From an uncultured Phycisphaerales bacterium (lineage in GTDB: Bacteria > Planctomycetota > Phycisphaerae > Tepidisphaerales > Tepidisphaeraceae), in contig CAVWVQ010000005.1 in the NCBI GenBank assembly GCA_963758525.1, positions 256,001-320,000 on the forward strand: a DNA stretch of 64,000 nucleotides, given 5' to 3'. Under the pieces are notes generated by a model, which saw nothing but the letters and a program-made list of their open reading frames with translations, was not told the DNA's origin and did not search any database. The translations under genes were made by a program, and so were the position numbers. Below, in pieces: positions 21,394-31,396 of the stretch; positions within the stretch are counted from its first letter, which is position 1, and every line of letters starts with the position of its first letter.

Positions 21394-21576
21394 ATGAACA
21401 AGTTGAAGGCCGCAAAACTTTTGATCGTTATTGCCGCAAGTCTGTCCTTTCTGTTTTCCGTCTATCTCTGGTTCCTGGTGGACAAGCAGAAGGGCGAGTT
21501 TGTCGGCCTGTGGGTGCCGTCGATTCTTTCTTTCGGAACTCTGATGCTCAGCGGGGGAGGATCGAGCAATGGGTGA
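21394..21576 (+). CDS. Small membrane protein (60 aa)
   Basis: Hydrophobic helix, then GEFVGLWVPSILS; AGGT RBS-like upstream. Confidence 0.7.
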   Translation: MNKLKAAKLLIVIAASLSFLFSVYLWFLVDKQKGEFVGLWVPSILSFGTLMLSGGGSSNG

Positions 21577-21706
21577 TGCGTTCATCTTCATTTTCGGATG
21601 CTTTATTATGGCATTACTCCTCCTTGCCGTTCTCTTAGTCGGCAGGATGGAGAAGACAATGTTGGACGACAACCGAGAGCGAAAGAAACCGGTTCTCGAT
21701 AGGTAG
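21569..21706 (+). CDS. Small single-TM protein (45 aa), absent from the ORF track
   Basis: MGDAFIFIFGCFIMALLLLAVLLVGRMEKTMLDDNRERKKPVLDR*; GGAGG upstream, start overlaps the previous stop (translational coupling). Confidence 0.55.
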   Translation: MGDAFIFIFGCFIMALLLLAVLLVGRMEKTMLDDNRERKKPVLDR

Positions 21707-21844
21707 CTTCAGTTTAAGCACGTGACTGAAACGAGTAAAAGTTTCAGAGGTCCTGATTCGGGCTCTCTGGAACGGTGAACGGCCGGCACAGAAATGTCGT
21801 CGCTGAGAACAACGAGGTCATGCTACGTTGAAGAACGTTTAGTA

Positions 21845-24363
21845 TCAGACGGCCGGCAAAGCGACGGGCGGATTCGGCACCACCGGCGTTTTTACAATCG
21901 ACGTGGCGTTGGTTGGATCGAAGATTCGATACGCGAGCAGCTTGATGCGGTCGTTGATCAGGAACCACACCAGGGCATAGCCCCATACAAACGCTGCCCA
22001 ACCCCAGCCGAGCGGCGTCATAAAGGCTCCGTATACCGCGATCAAGGTTGCAATGATTTGCGTTCCCACAACGGCGATCCAGAGAATCGTCGCGGGCCTG
22101 ATAGACCAGAACGGGCCGCGCGTGCGAGTCAGAAATATCGTCAGGTGGCCAGCCACGGACAGTTTCAAATACATCAAAGTTTGAATGTGTGGACGGTCGA
22201 GATGAAAGACGCGTTCACCGAGGTAAAAAAGCCCGAACGCGGACACGACGCCGATGACGCCCAGCACGGTCGAAACACCGAGCACCAGGCGCATGTTCCA
22301 TGCCTCAGGTTTGTCCTTGTAATGCACGTTGTCATACGCAATTGAAAGGATCGCTCCGTCATTGAGCGACGCCAGCATGACAATCATCACGGCGGTCAGC
22401 GGATAGAAGTTGAACACGAGGATTGCCAGCGTCATAAAGAACAGCACGCGCAGGGTTTCGGCGATGCGGTAAATGGCATAGCTGTTCATTCTCTGGAAGA
22501 TTCGACGGCTTTCCTTGATCGCGTCGATGATGACCGACAGACCGTCGGTAAGAAGGACGATGGATGCCGCGGCGCGGGCTGCGTCAGTTGCTCCGGAGAC
22601 GGCAATGCCGCAGTCCGCTTTTTTCAAAGCCGGTGCATCGTTCACGCCGTCGCCGGTCATTCCGACGATATGGCCGCGCTGCTGGAGAATGTCGACAATG
22701 TGGAACTTGTGCTCTGGAAATACCTGGGCGAAGCCGTCCGCCTTCTCGATGAGTTTCGTTTCCTCGGAAGTTTCCTGTTTTTGAGAATCACCAAGACCGC
22801 CGGCGTCAAGGATATTGGAACCGAGTCCCAGCTCTTTTGACATTTCCCGCGCGATGGCGAGAGAGTCGCCGGTCACCATCTTAATGCTCACCCCCATTTG
22901 CCGAGCGCTGGCGATGGTGGCTTTCGCCGACTCGCGCGGCGGGTCGGACAATGGCAGGATGCCCAGGAACCGCCACTTGCCTTTCTCATCTGCGCGGGCG
23001 ACGCCCAGTGATCGGAACCCACGAGCAGCGAAGTCGTTGACGGCTTTTTCAACGGCAGTCTTGATCTCGGCGGCGTTTGCCGACATTTGCAAAATCACCT
23101 GCGGGGCGCCCTTGGCCACGTCGAATTGCTTTCCGTCACTACCCTTTACTGTGGCTTGGGTGCGTTTGTGTACAGGGTCGAACGGTTGAAAATGGACGAC
23201 TTCAAAGCCTTTCAACGTCTTGTCGTCTTTCATTCCGCCCAAGACCGCCAGATCAATGGTGTCCTTATCCTCCGCGCGTGAAGCAAGAGCGCCGGCAAGG
23301 ATCACCTGGTCGGCGGGGATGTTATCGACGGTGAATGCCTCGCCCAGCGTGAGCTTGTTTTGAGTCAGCGTTCCCGTTTTATCCGAGCAAAGCACGTCCG
23401 CGCCGGCCAGTTCTTCAATCGCTACCAGGCGGCTGACAATCGCCTTCTTCTTGGCCAGCAGGCGAGCCCCGACGGCCATGGTGACGGACAACACCGTGGG
23501 CATCGCGACGGGAATGGCGGCCACGGTCAGCACCAGCGCGAACTGCAACGTGGTGAGAATTCGGTCCCCGCGATAGATCGCTACAGCGATAATGATCGCC
23601 ACCAAAGCTACGGCGAGGATGACCAGGTAATTGCCGATCTTCATGACCGCGCGCTGAAAGTGACTGACTGTCTGTACCCCTCCCACTAATTGAGCGGTCC
23701 TGCCGAAATACGTGTGCGTTCCGGTAGCGTAAACCAGGGCATCTATTTCACCGCGACGCATGATCGAGCCTGAAAACACTGCATCACCTGATTGATGCGT
23801 TGCCGGCAACGATTCTCCCGTCAGAGCGGACTGGTCGACGGCGATTTCGTCGCCCGCCAGCAAGCGTGCATCGGCGGGCACAATGTCGCCTAGTCGCAAT
23901 CGAATGACATCGCCCGGAACAAGCTCGCGCGCGGGGGCGTGATCCATTTCCCATCCCGCTTGACCTTTGCCGCAACGGCCAGTTCTTTTTTCAAGGCCGC
24001 GATCGCATTGCCCGCCTGCCGTTCTTCCCAGAATCCGACCACGCCGTTGGCGAGAAGCAAAAGGAGAATGATGAAAAAATCCGGCCAGTGGCGGACGATG
24101 CCCGACAAGGCCACGGCCGTTTCGATCATCCAAGGGATCGGACCCCAGAAATAAGACAGAAATTTCAGAAAGAGATTTGTCTTCTTTTCCGCGATTTCGT
24201 TGGGGCCGTATTGCGCCAGCCGCTTCTTGGCCTCAACGTCAGTGAGACCGTCCGGGGACGAACTCAACCGTTTTGCAACATCAGCAATTGGAAGGGTCTT
24301 TAGATCATCCTTGGCATCGGGATGCGGGTGAGCAGCCTTAGATTGAGTGGGGTCGGAAGACAT
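21845..24363 (-). CDS. Plasma-membrane proton-efflux P-type ATPase (type IIIA), frameshift ~23935
   Basis: YGPNEI, FWGPIPWMIE, DQSALTGES, IPVAMPTVLSVTMAVGA, CSDKTGTLT, PFDPV, KGAPQ, MTGDGVNDAPALK. Confidence 0.93.
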
Positions 24364-24403
24364 ATGGTTCTACTTCTCGGCTCTTGTAAACGACGAGGCA
24401 GTG

Positions 24404-24625
24404 CTAAGGCGCATTTGCCTCGGGGGTTTGCTGAATCGCACGCTTACCCGGCCTGAGGGACAGGCTGTCGGTCATCACGTACGCCAGGATCGCCGCGAGC
24501 ATCAGCGTCACTGCAATCCACACGCGCCAATCGCGATGCGCGGTTTTCCAAAAGTGATGGCGCGGATGAATGTGATCCCGTGGTTTGGCTCCCTCACTTT
24601 CCACATTATGTCTGTTAGTGCTCAT
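24404..24625 (-). CDS. Small His-rich single-TM protein (73 aa) upstream of the ATPase
   Basis: MSTNRHNVE...HIHPRHHFWKTAHRDWRVWIAVTLMLAAILAYVMT...; GGAG upstream of the ATG. Confidence 0.6.
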   Translation of the reverse strand: MSTNRHNVESEGAKPRDHIHPRHHFWKTAHRDWRVWIAVTLMLAAILAYVMTDSLSLRPGKRAIQQTPEANAP

Positions 24626-24644
24626 CTGGCTCCCGTAGTCGGCA

Positions 24645-24880
24645 TCATGAACCTTGCTCCGCAGCCTTGAGTACGGGCGCAACGCGCGCCGGTCTGGCGA
24701 CGGAGCGCGGGCGCGTTCCCGCCCGCCAATGTGCTTCGATCTGTTCGAGGGTTTTGCCCTTGGTTTCCGGAACCAGGAAAAACGCGAAGATCCACGCGCC
24801 GATGCTGACGACACCGTATAGCCAAAAGGTAGCGGTTTGCCCAACAGGTGCGTCAGCGTCAAGAACGACAGCACGCCGAG
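24645..24880 (-). pseudogene. C-terminal remnant of a sugar-porter MFS transporter
   Basis: LSFLTLTHLLG, frame change, then QTATFWLYGVVSIGAWIFAFFLVPETKGKTLEQIEAHW; PETKG is the sugar-porter C-terminal signature. No N-terminal part present. Confidence 0.75.
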
Positions 24881-25155
24881 GTGTGGGGCTTCAATTGCGT
24901 CGGCTTACTCTTTAACGGGCCTCCGACGAATAGCCGGTTACCCTTTATGGAGTCATCCGAAGATTCGAGATTCTACTGGGACCTGATTTATTTCAAGCTC
25001 CAGAGAATTGGATGATAAGCGTCTTCGTCCCGACTAAGCAAGAAGGTTGCTGAAATATACTGTCGTGAGCACGCCGCATTGGCTTCCTGTATTGGTTATG
25101 GCAACATTGCTGAAAATGCACCTGCGACAGCGATGCACAACAAAAGGACGGTTTT

Positions 25156-25685
25156 ATGACGCGTAGCATTTTCGACCCGACCGGCGATCCCGAACGCAGC
25201 GGCTCCAGATTCACGCCGCCGGACGCGGATCAGATTTCCCAGATGCCCGAGGAGTTCGTCAATCCGCCATCCTCGCTTTCGGCGGGAACCGTCGAATTTC
25301 AACCGCCTGCTGAAGAACCGGCGATTGCCGTCTCCACAGAGAACGACGGGAAGTTGCTGGTGGTCCGGATGACGGCGAAGTTGCACAAAAACGACTACCA
25401 GCACTTTGTCCCGTTTGTTGAGCAGGCTGTCCAACGGAACGGCAAGGTCCGCATGCTGGTGCAAATGCACAATTTCCACGGATGGGATGCCGGCGCCTGT
25501 GGGAAGACGTGAAGTTCGATGTGAAGCACTTCAATGACATCGAACGGCTGGCGATCGTCGGCGAATCCGCTTGGGAGAAGTGGATGGCGGCATTCTGCAA
25601 GCCGTTCACGACGGCAAAGATTCGATATTTCCCCGCGGAGCAATTGGCCGAAGCTCGCGCCTGGATCGTGGCTTCCAACGGTTAG
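25156..25685 (+). CDS. STAS/SEC14 (SpoIIAA-like) domain protein, frameshift ~25497
   Basis: KLHKNDY..FVP, GKVRMLV, FHGWDAGA joined to LWEDVKFD..HFNDIERLAIVGE..WEKWM...IRYF...EARAW. True start may be downstream of 25156. Confidence 0.8.
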
Positions 25686-25780
25686 CCGCAGCTAGTTATA
25701 CGCGTGGGCGTCAGGCGGCTCACCGGGCAATTCAGTCAAGCGCTGGCGGCCCGGGTCAACACCACGAATAACGAACCCTG

Positions 25781-27073
25781 TCAGCCTCGCGCGGGAGTCG
25801 CGCCGTTGTCGCCCGAAAAGACGCAGCGCCCCGCGAGCGTCACGCGGCTCACTGTGGTAGCGGGGTGATTGGGATCGATTGGCAGCAGCGAGCGTATGGC
25901 CGCGTCGGCGGACATGTGCGGCGACAAGCCCGAGGACGCGACCTCGATGAAGGACATCGGAAAGCCTTGTTCGAGGCTGCCGAAGCTGGTCCCCATATCC
26001 AGCAGATCAGCTGGAGCGCGCGTCGATCGGTAGAGCGCTTCGGAGGCCGTGCCGCGATCGGATCTGCCGGCGTGAACGTCGATAAACCGGCGCATCTCTG
26101 CAAGCATCGAAACCGTCGGCGAAGCTCCAACGTCGGTGGCGATCGCGTAGGGCACGTTCCATCGCGCCACCTCATCCAGCGACATGATGCCCGATCCGAG
26201 CAGCGTGTTGGATGTGGGGCAGTGCGCGATCACCGAGCCGGAATCTCGTGCAATTCGCCACTCATCGTCTGTCATATGAATGCAGTGAGCCAGAATGCAG
26301 CGGTGATCCAGCAGGCCGTCTGCGCGGTAGATGTCTGTATAATTCGCGCAGCCCGGATATAGCACGTTTTCCACAAGCGTTTTTTCAGACGATTGCTCAT
26401 TCAGATGCGTCTGGGTTCGCAAGCCATATTCGCCGGCAAGCGCCGATGCGCGCGGCGCAGGGGGGAGTTCACCGCCACCGCGAAGCGATCGGTGACGATC
26501 AGGCGGCGGCCATACCGAGTTGCCAGACGTTTGATGTCCGCCTCGAGCATCGGCTCGTCGGCGCAGATCCTGCGGGCAATTCTGGTTCATCAGCACCAGA
26601 CCGACGCTCCAGGATTCGGGAAGCATCGAGAGTGCAACCTCCGTCGCCACCGCCGAGGGTGTCATGTAGGCCGATCCGCCAACAACGCCGTGCGAGAGCG
26701 TGTCGGCGAGAAATTCGCGGACGACTTGTTCGGCATACGCTTCCGTCGCGCATTTTGCCTCTGCCGGAAAGACGTTGCGGCGCAGGCCGGCGAGCAGCTT
26801 GCCCTCTTTCGCGTCATTGGCGATTCCCTCCGTGAAGCGACCGCGGATCGGGTGTTGCGGAATATGAATATGAATGTCCAGCAGCGGCGGAAGCATTACC
26901 CCATCGCTGAGGCGCGTCGGCTGATTCGACGAACGGTTGTGAAATTCTTCAAACGAGCCGGCGAACCGGAGCACCTGGCCGGCATCGGCAGCCAGAATCC
27001 CGTCGAAATGGAAGGTGACCGATCCGTCTGCCCGCGGAATCAGCAGCGGTCCGCGCACAATTTGTTCAAGCAC
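25781..27073 (-). CDS. guaD: Guanine deaminase (amidohydrolase)
   Basis: DIHIHIPQ, QTHLNE, LAHCIH, HCPTSN..LGSG, ATDVGA. Compensating indels at ~26563 and ~26455 hide the segment IVTDRFA. Confidence 0.8.
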   Translation of the reverse strand: MLEQIVRGPLLIPRADGSVTFHFDGILAADAGQVLRFAGSFEEFHNRSSNQPTRLSDGVMLPPLLDIHIHIPQHPIRGRFTEGIANDAKEGKLLAGLRRNVFPAEAKCATEAYAEQVVREFLADTLSHGVVGGSAYMTPSAVATEVALSMLPESWSVGLVLMNQNCPQDLRRRADARGGHQTSGNSVWPPPDRHRSLRGGGELPPAPRASALAGEYGLRTQTHLNEQSSEKTLVENVLYPGCANYTDIYRADGLLDHRCILAHCIHMTDDEWRIARDSGSVIAHCPTSNTLLGSGIMSLDEVARWNVPYAIATDVGASPTVSMLAEMRRFIDVHAGRSDRGTASEALYRSTRAPADLLDMGTSFGSLEQGFPMSFIEVASSGLSPHMSADAAIRSLLPIDPNHPATTVSRVTLAGRCVFSGDNGATPARG

Positions 27074-28415
27074 CGGCCGGCCCCCTTGCAGGTTTGATCA
27101 GGCGGCCGCGAAAATCACTGGCGACGGCGCCCTTAAGAGACACAGTCCTGCCCCGCACGATCGTCCGCTCGACCATTCCCCTGAAGGCCCGGCCGACGTA
27201 CGGGCTCAGTTGATGGCGATCCAGGAGCATCTCCTTCGTCAGCGTATAGTTTCCCGATAAATCAACCAGAGCTAAATCCGCATCAAAACCCTCCGCGATC
27301 TTTCCCTTCCCCGGCAGCAGGAAGCGCTTGGCGGTGGTGGTTGCGGCAAGCCTGGCGACTTGCTCGGGTGCAATGGCCGGCTGGCGCGTGAGGAGAGAGG
27401 CCAGCGTGGATTGCACGCCGGAGACACCTCCCCAGGCAGTAAAGAAGTTGCCCGATTTCATCGCGGGGGGCGCGGGAGAGTGATCCGATCCGATCAGGTC
27501 GATCGTTCCATCGACCACCTTTTCCCAGAGCTGGTCGCCGTGCGGCGCGGCGCGGATCGGCGGCGCGCACTTGGCGGCGGGGCCGATGCGAACGACGTCT
27601 TCGTGCGTCAACATGAAATAGTGCGGGCAGGTTTCGATCGAAACATCCGCCACGCGTCGCCCCATGGCCGCCATTTCCACGCAATAGCGGTTGCTTACAT
27701 GGACGATGTGCAGTTTGCATCCAGTTGTGCTAGCCAGGAGGATCGCGCGCCCAATGGCGTCGGCCTCGGCGACCGGCTCGCGGGTGAAGACCCAGTCCTT
27801 CGCCGACAGCTCGGGCAACAGGCTTTGCATCCATTTGGTTTTGCCGGCGACGAGCTCCTGGTTTTCGGCGTGAACCGCGACCGGCAATCCCAGCTTCGCC
27901 GCCAGTTGCATGCCACGCTCCAGTGTCCAATCGTCAGCCCGTTGGAAATCATCGATGCCGCTGTCACACATGAATGCCTTGAACCCGACGACGCCGCGTT
28001 CGGCAAGCTCCTCCAGTCGATCGAGATTGCCGGGTGTCAGACCGCCCCAGAGCGCGAAATCGGTGCGGCTCGAAGCTTCCGCCGCCTGACGCTTGAGATC
28101 AAAACTCGCGCCGTCGAGGGTCGGGGGAGAGCTGTTGAGGGGCATGTCGAAAAAGCACGTTCCGCCGCCCGCCGCCAGAGCCGCCGAGCCGGTGGCGAAC
28201 CCCTCCCAATCGGTTCGGCCTGGCTCATTAAAATGGACGTGCGGGTCGATCGCGCCCGGGAAAATATGGAGCCCTCGCGCGTCGATCTCTTCCCTTGCAG
28301 GCCCAGATGGATCACCGATCTCAATAAGTTTTCCGTCGATGATCCCCAGTGACAGCGGGCGATGAGCGTCGACGCCAACGATCAGACCATTACGAATGAG
28401 CAGGTCGAATTTCAT
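27066..28415 (-). CDS. allB: Allantoinase
   Basis: DPHVHFNEPGRTDWEGF.TG..A.AAGG, DMPLNSSPPT, GFKAFM, HAEN, ETCPHY, KCAPPIR, SDHSP. Confidence 0.92.
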   Translation of the reverse strand: MKFDLLIRNGLIVGVDAHRPLSLGIIDGKLIEIGDPSGPAREEIDARGLHIFPGAIDPHVHFNEPGRTDWEGFATGSAALAAGGGTCFFDMPLNSSPPTLDGASFDLKRQAAEASSRTDFALWGGLTPGNLDRLEELAERGVVGFKAFMCDSGIDDFQRADDWTLERGMQLAAKLGLPVAVHAENQELVAGKTKWMQSLLPELSAKDWVFTREPVAEADAIGRAILLASTTGCKLHIVHVSNRYCVEMAAMGRRVADVSIETCPHYFMLTHEDVVRIGPAAKCAPPIRAAPHGDQLWEKVVDGTIDLIGSDHSPAPPAMKSGNFFTAWGGVSGVQSTLASLLTRQPAIAPEQVARLAATTTAKRFLLPGKGKIAEGFDADLALVDLSGNYTLTKEMLLDRHQLSPYVGRAFRGMVERTIVRGRTVSLKGAVASDFRGRLIKPARGPAGA

Positions 28416-28433
28416 CTCGGTTCATCGTTCGTT

Positions 28434-28787
28434 TCAGCTGCCTCGATACGTCGAATAGGCCCAGGGAGAAACCAGCAACGGCACATGATAGCCGGCCAAC
28501 GCATCGTCAATTCGAAAGAGCACAGGCACGACATCGAGAAATCTCTTCGCATCGCTCGAGCCGACCGATGCAAAATAATCGCCGACGTGAAACAGCAACC
28601 GGTACTGCCCCGCGGCAAAAAGGTCGCCACTGAGCATTGGTTCATCAGTGCGGCCATCCTGGTTGGTAATTCGATCTGAAATCGGAATCTTCTTTCCGCT
28701 CTCCAATCGGTGCAGTTCGATGCGCACCCCAGCGGCGGGTTTGCCATGTGTCGTGTCGAGCACGTGCGTCGTCAGTTTGCCGCTCAT
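28434..28787 (-). CDS. uraH: 5-hydroxyisourate hydrolase (transthyretin-like)
   Basis: LTTHVLDT..GKPA, TNQDGR, YHVPLL.SPW.YSTYRGS C-terminus. Confidence 0.96.
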   Translation of the reverse strand: MSGKLTTHVLDTTHGKPAAGVRIELHRLESGKKIPISDRITNQDGRTDEPMLSGDLFAAGQYRLLFHVGDYFASVGSSDAKRFLDVVPVLFRIDDALAGYHVPLLVSPWAYSTYRGS

Positions 28788-29641
28788 GATTCCTCCCGCT
28801 CGAGATGCCCGACGATTTTCCCCGATGGCTCATCCGTCGTCACATAAACATCATTGTTAAATTCCAGACCGAATGGTTTGAAATTGAACGGCACGCGATG
28901 CTTATTCGGCATGCGCAGGGTGATCCCCGTAATTGACGGTTCAACGGCGAGAGCGGCTTCTCCCATCGCAAACAAGGTTTGTTGAACCGCGTCACTCTTG
29001 TGCGTCGCGAACGTCTCCAGCATCGCGGTGCGAATCTTTGAAAACGCGCGGCTGAAATCAACATCGCGGCCGGCGAAGACCCACTCCGCGGAAACCTCCG
29101 TCGCCAGAATCCGGTCCGTGGTTTCCGGAAGTGTCGTGTATTGATCCCGCACAAAGCCGGTGAACGCCGAATCGGTTGTCTTAAGCACCAGCAGATCGCT
29201 CAGGCCGCCGTGAATTTCCACGCGATTCTCGTTCCGGTCGACGGCGACGAAGGCCTTGCGCAGCTCGCTCCCGGCGGATTCAAACGCGGTGGGATGTGAA
29301 ATCCCATCAACAGTGATCCGTTGCCACCGCGATTGATCGATATTGATTCGCGCCGCGCTGGCCTGCGGGTACGTCTCCACAAAGTGATCGGCGAGGCGGA
29401 GCGCGAACGATTCGGGGCTCTCCATCGAATGCTCTTTCGCCAGCAGGTAGACGGTGTTTTTGATCGAGTCGGTGGCGATGACGTTGGAATTGTCGCCGTG
29501 CGTGTAGGATCGCTCGAATGAGCCGAGCAAGATCACGCTCACGTTCATCTCCACCAGCTCGTGGCGGTCGGCGAGCCGGTGAACCCTCGTGACCCGGACG
29601 GATGACTTGCCATATTGTTGATGGAGTAATTTCGCGGGCAC
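28784..29641 (-). CDS. pucL: Factor-independent urate oxidase (uricase)
   Basis: YGK..V, ATDSIKNTVY, VLKTTDSAF.GF..D.YTTL.ET.DRI, S..VQQTL, MPNKH. Confidence 0.95.
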   Translation of the reverse strand: MPAKLLHQQYGKSSVRVTRVHRLADRHELVEMNVSVILLGSFERSYTHGDNSNVIATDSIKNTVYLLAKEHSMESPESFALRLADHFVETYPQASAARINIDQSRWQRITVDGISHPTAFESAGSELRKAFVAVDRNENRVEIHGGLSDLLVLKTTDSAFTGFVRDQYTTLPETTDRILATEVSAEWVFAGRDVDFSRAFSKIRTAMLETFATHKSDAVQQTLFAMGEAALAVEPSITGITLRMPNKHRVPFNFKPFGLEFNNDVYVTTDEPSGKIVGHLEREES

Positions 29642-29644
29642 GGT

Positions 29645-30157
29645 TCAATCCTCGCTGATCACGTCGGCCATGCGGAGCCTGGCGATCTGGTAAATCTCAT
29701 GGAGCGCCGCCGCGATTTCGGCATCGCGATCATTCCGCAATCGCGCCGGAAACGCCGCGAGAATCGCATCTTTACGGTTTTGCCTCGCGCAGATGACAAA
29801 CGGAAATCCAAAACGATCGCGATAGGCGGTGTTATACCGGTCAAACTCGGCGGCTTCAGCGGGAGTCAGCTCGGCCAATCCCGCCGCCGCCTGCTCCGTC
29901 GCGCTTTGCGGGGTTAACCGACCCTCGCGCGCCAGCCGCCCGACGAGATCCGGGTGAGCAGCGATCAATGCGAGCTGTTGCTCTTCCGTCGAATCTTCGA
30001 CGATCCTGCGCATCACCTCATGCAGATGCCCCAGCGATGAAAACGGGCGCGCAGACCATGCCCGTTCCGCAATCCACGGCGAGTGCTCGAAGAACGGACC
30101 ACATACCGTCACAAAGCTCTCGCGATCCGCAAGATTCAGCCGGCTGAGCGCCATCAT
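29645..30157 (-). CDS. uraD: OHCU decarboxylase
   Basis: FEHSPWIAE, AHPDL.G, S..EQA.AGL, N.AY..RFGFPFVIC, EI.QIA.LR. Confidence 0.95.
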   Translation of the reverse strand: MMALSRLNLADRESFVTVCGPFFEHSPWIAERAWSARPFSSLGHLHEVMRRIVEDSTEEQQLALIAAHPDLVGRLAREGRLTPQSATEQAAAGLAELTPAEAAEFDRYNTAYRDRFGFPFVICARQNRKDAILAAFPARLRNDRDAEIAAALHEIYQIARLRMADVISED

Positions 30158-31383
30158 GATTCGGTTACCATCTTTGCCAGAACATTTGCGGCCGCAGTAA
30201 TGTCTTCGATTCGGCTGAACTCCTCGGGGTTATGACTGATGCCATCTTTGCTCGCAACGAAGAGCATGGCCGTGGGAAGCAGCGGGGCGAGAATGGCGGC
30301 ATCGTGCAGGGCTCCGCTGATTGTCGTTGGAATTTCGCCACCGGCCGCACGCTGCAGCGCGGCGCAGACATCGGGGTTCATCTGGATCGGTGGCTGGTCC
30401 TCGGTGGTCATGAAGTTGAATTCCGTACCCCGGGGATTGAAGCAGACGAACTGCTCGAGTTCCTGATGAAACTGCGCCAACTTCTCCGAACTGGGACTGC
30501 GCACATCGACGGTAAACCGGACGGTGCCCGGGATGACGTTGACGGCGTTCGGCTGGCAGTCGATTTTCCCGACCGTTGCGACAATGTCCGGTCCAAGTTT
30601 TCGAGCGAGATCGTCGACTTCGCAGATCACCCTGGCGGCGAAGACGAGAGGATCGCGCCGGAAGCGCATCGGTGTGCTGCCGGCGTGGTTCGGAGCGCTT
30701 ATGAATTTCGCCTTATACTGCTTGCGGCCGGCAATGGCGGTGACCACCGCCAGGGGGACGCCGCCGGCCCACATCGCCGGTCCCTGCTCGGCATGAATTT
30801 CGATCAGGCCGTGATAGCGGGCGGGATCGAGACGATCGGCCGGCAGATTCTGTCGGCGCACGCCATCGGCGGCGCCAGCCTCGAAATATGTCTGCCCGTC
30901 GCGATTGCGGAACTGGTGGAAGAATGCGTCGTCACCGGTTCCCTCAAACGACACGCTGCGATTGACCCACAGACGACTGCCGATCATGCCGACGCCGAAT
31001 GTCGTTCCCTCCTCCTCGGCAAAGACGATCAATTCCAACGGCAGAACCTTGCCGGCGGCGCAAGCGGAGCGCAACACTTCCAGCGGACAGGTGACACCGA
31101 TCACCCCGTCGAATTTTCCGCCGGTCGGCACGCTATCGATGTGAGAGCCGCTCAGCCACACTTTCCGGTCCCAATCGATCGAGGCATGGCGGGCATGCAC
31201 ATTTCCCGCGGCGTCGATTCGCACTTTGCATTCGGCCGCCTCTGCCTGGGCAATCACATAATCGCGCGCCTGCCGCCAGGCTGGCGAGAAGGTGGGGCGG
31301 CTGCAGCCGACATCCGGTGTCGATTCATTGAAACCCGCAATGGTTTCAATGTCTTGCGAAATTCGCTCGGAGCTGATCGGCAT
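30154..31383 (-). CDS. allC: Allantoate amidohydrolase-type M20 Zn hydrolase
   Basis: GSHIDSVPTGGKFDG, EEEG..FG, EIHAEQGP, NHAGSTPM, NVIPG, SGALHDA, GISHNPEE; operon context. Confidence 0.85.
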   Translation of the reverse strand: MPISSERISQDIETIAGFNESTPDVGCSRPTFSPAWRQARDYVIAQAEAAECKVRIDAAGNVHARHASIDWDRKVWLSGSHIDSVPTGGKFDGVIGVTCPLEVLRSACAAGKVLPLELIVFAEEEGTTFGVGMIGSRLWVNRSVSFEGTGDDAFFHQFRNRDGQTYFEAGAADGVRRQNLPADRLDPARYHGLIEIHAEQGPAMWAGGVPLAVVTAIAGRKQYKAKFISAPNHAGSTPMRFRRDPLVFAARVICEVDDLARKLGPDIVATVGKIDCQPNAVNVIPGTVRFTVDVRSPSSEKLAQFHQELEQFVCFNPRGTEFNFMTTEDQPPIQMNPDVCAALQRAAGGEIPTTISGALHDAAILAPLLPTAMLFVASKDGISHNPEEFSRIEDITAAANVLAKMVTES

Positions 31384-31396
31384 GGCGCGGGTTGTC

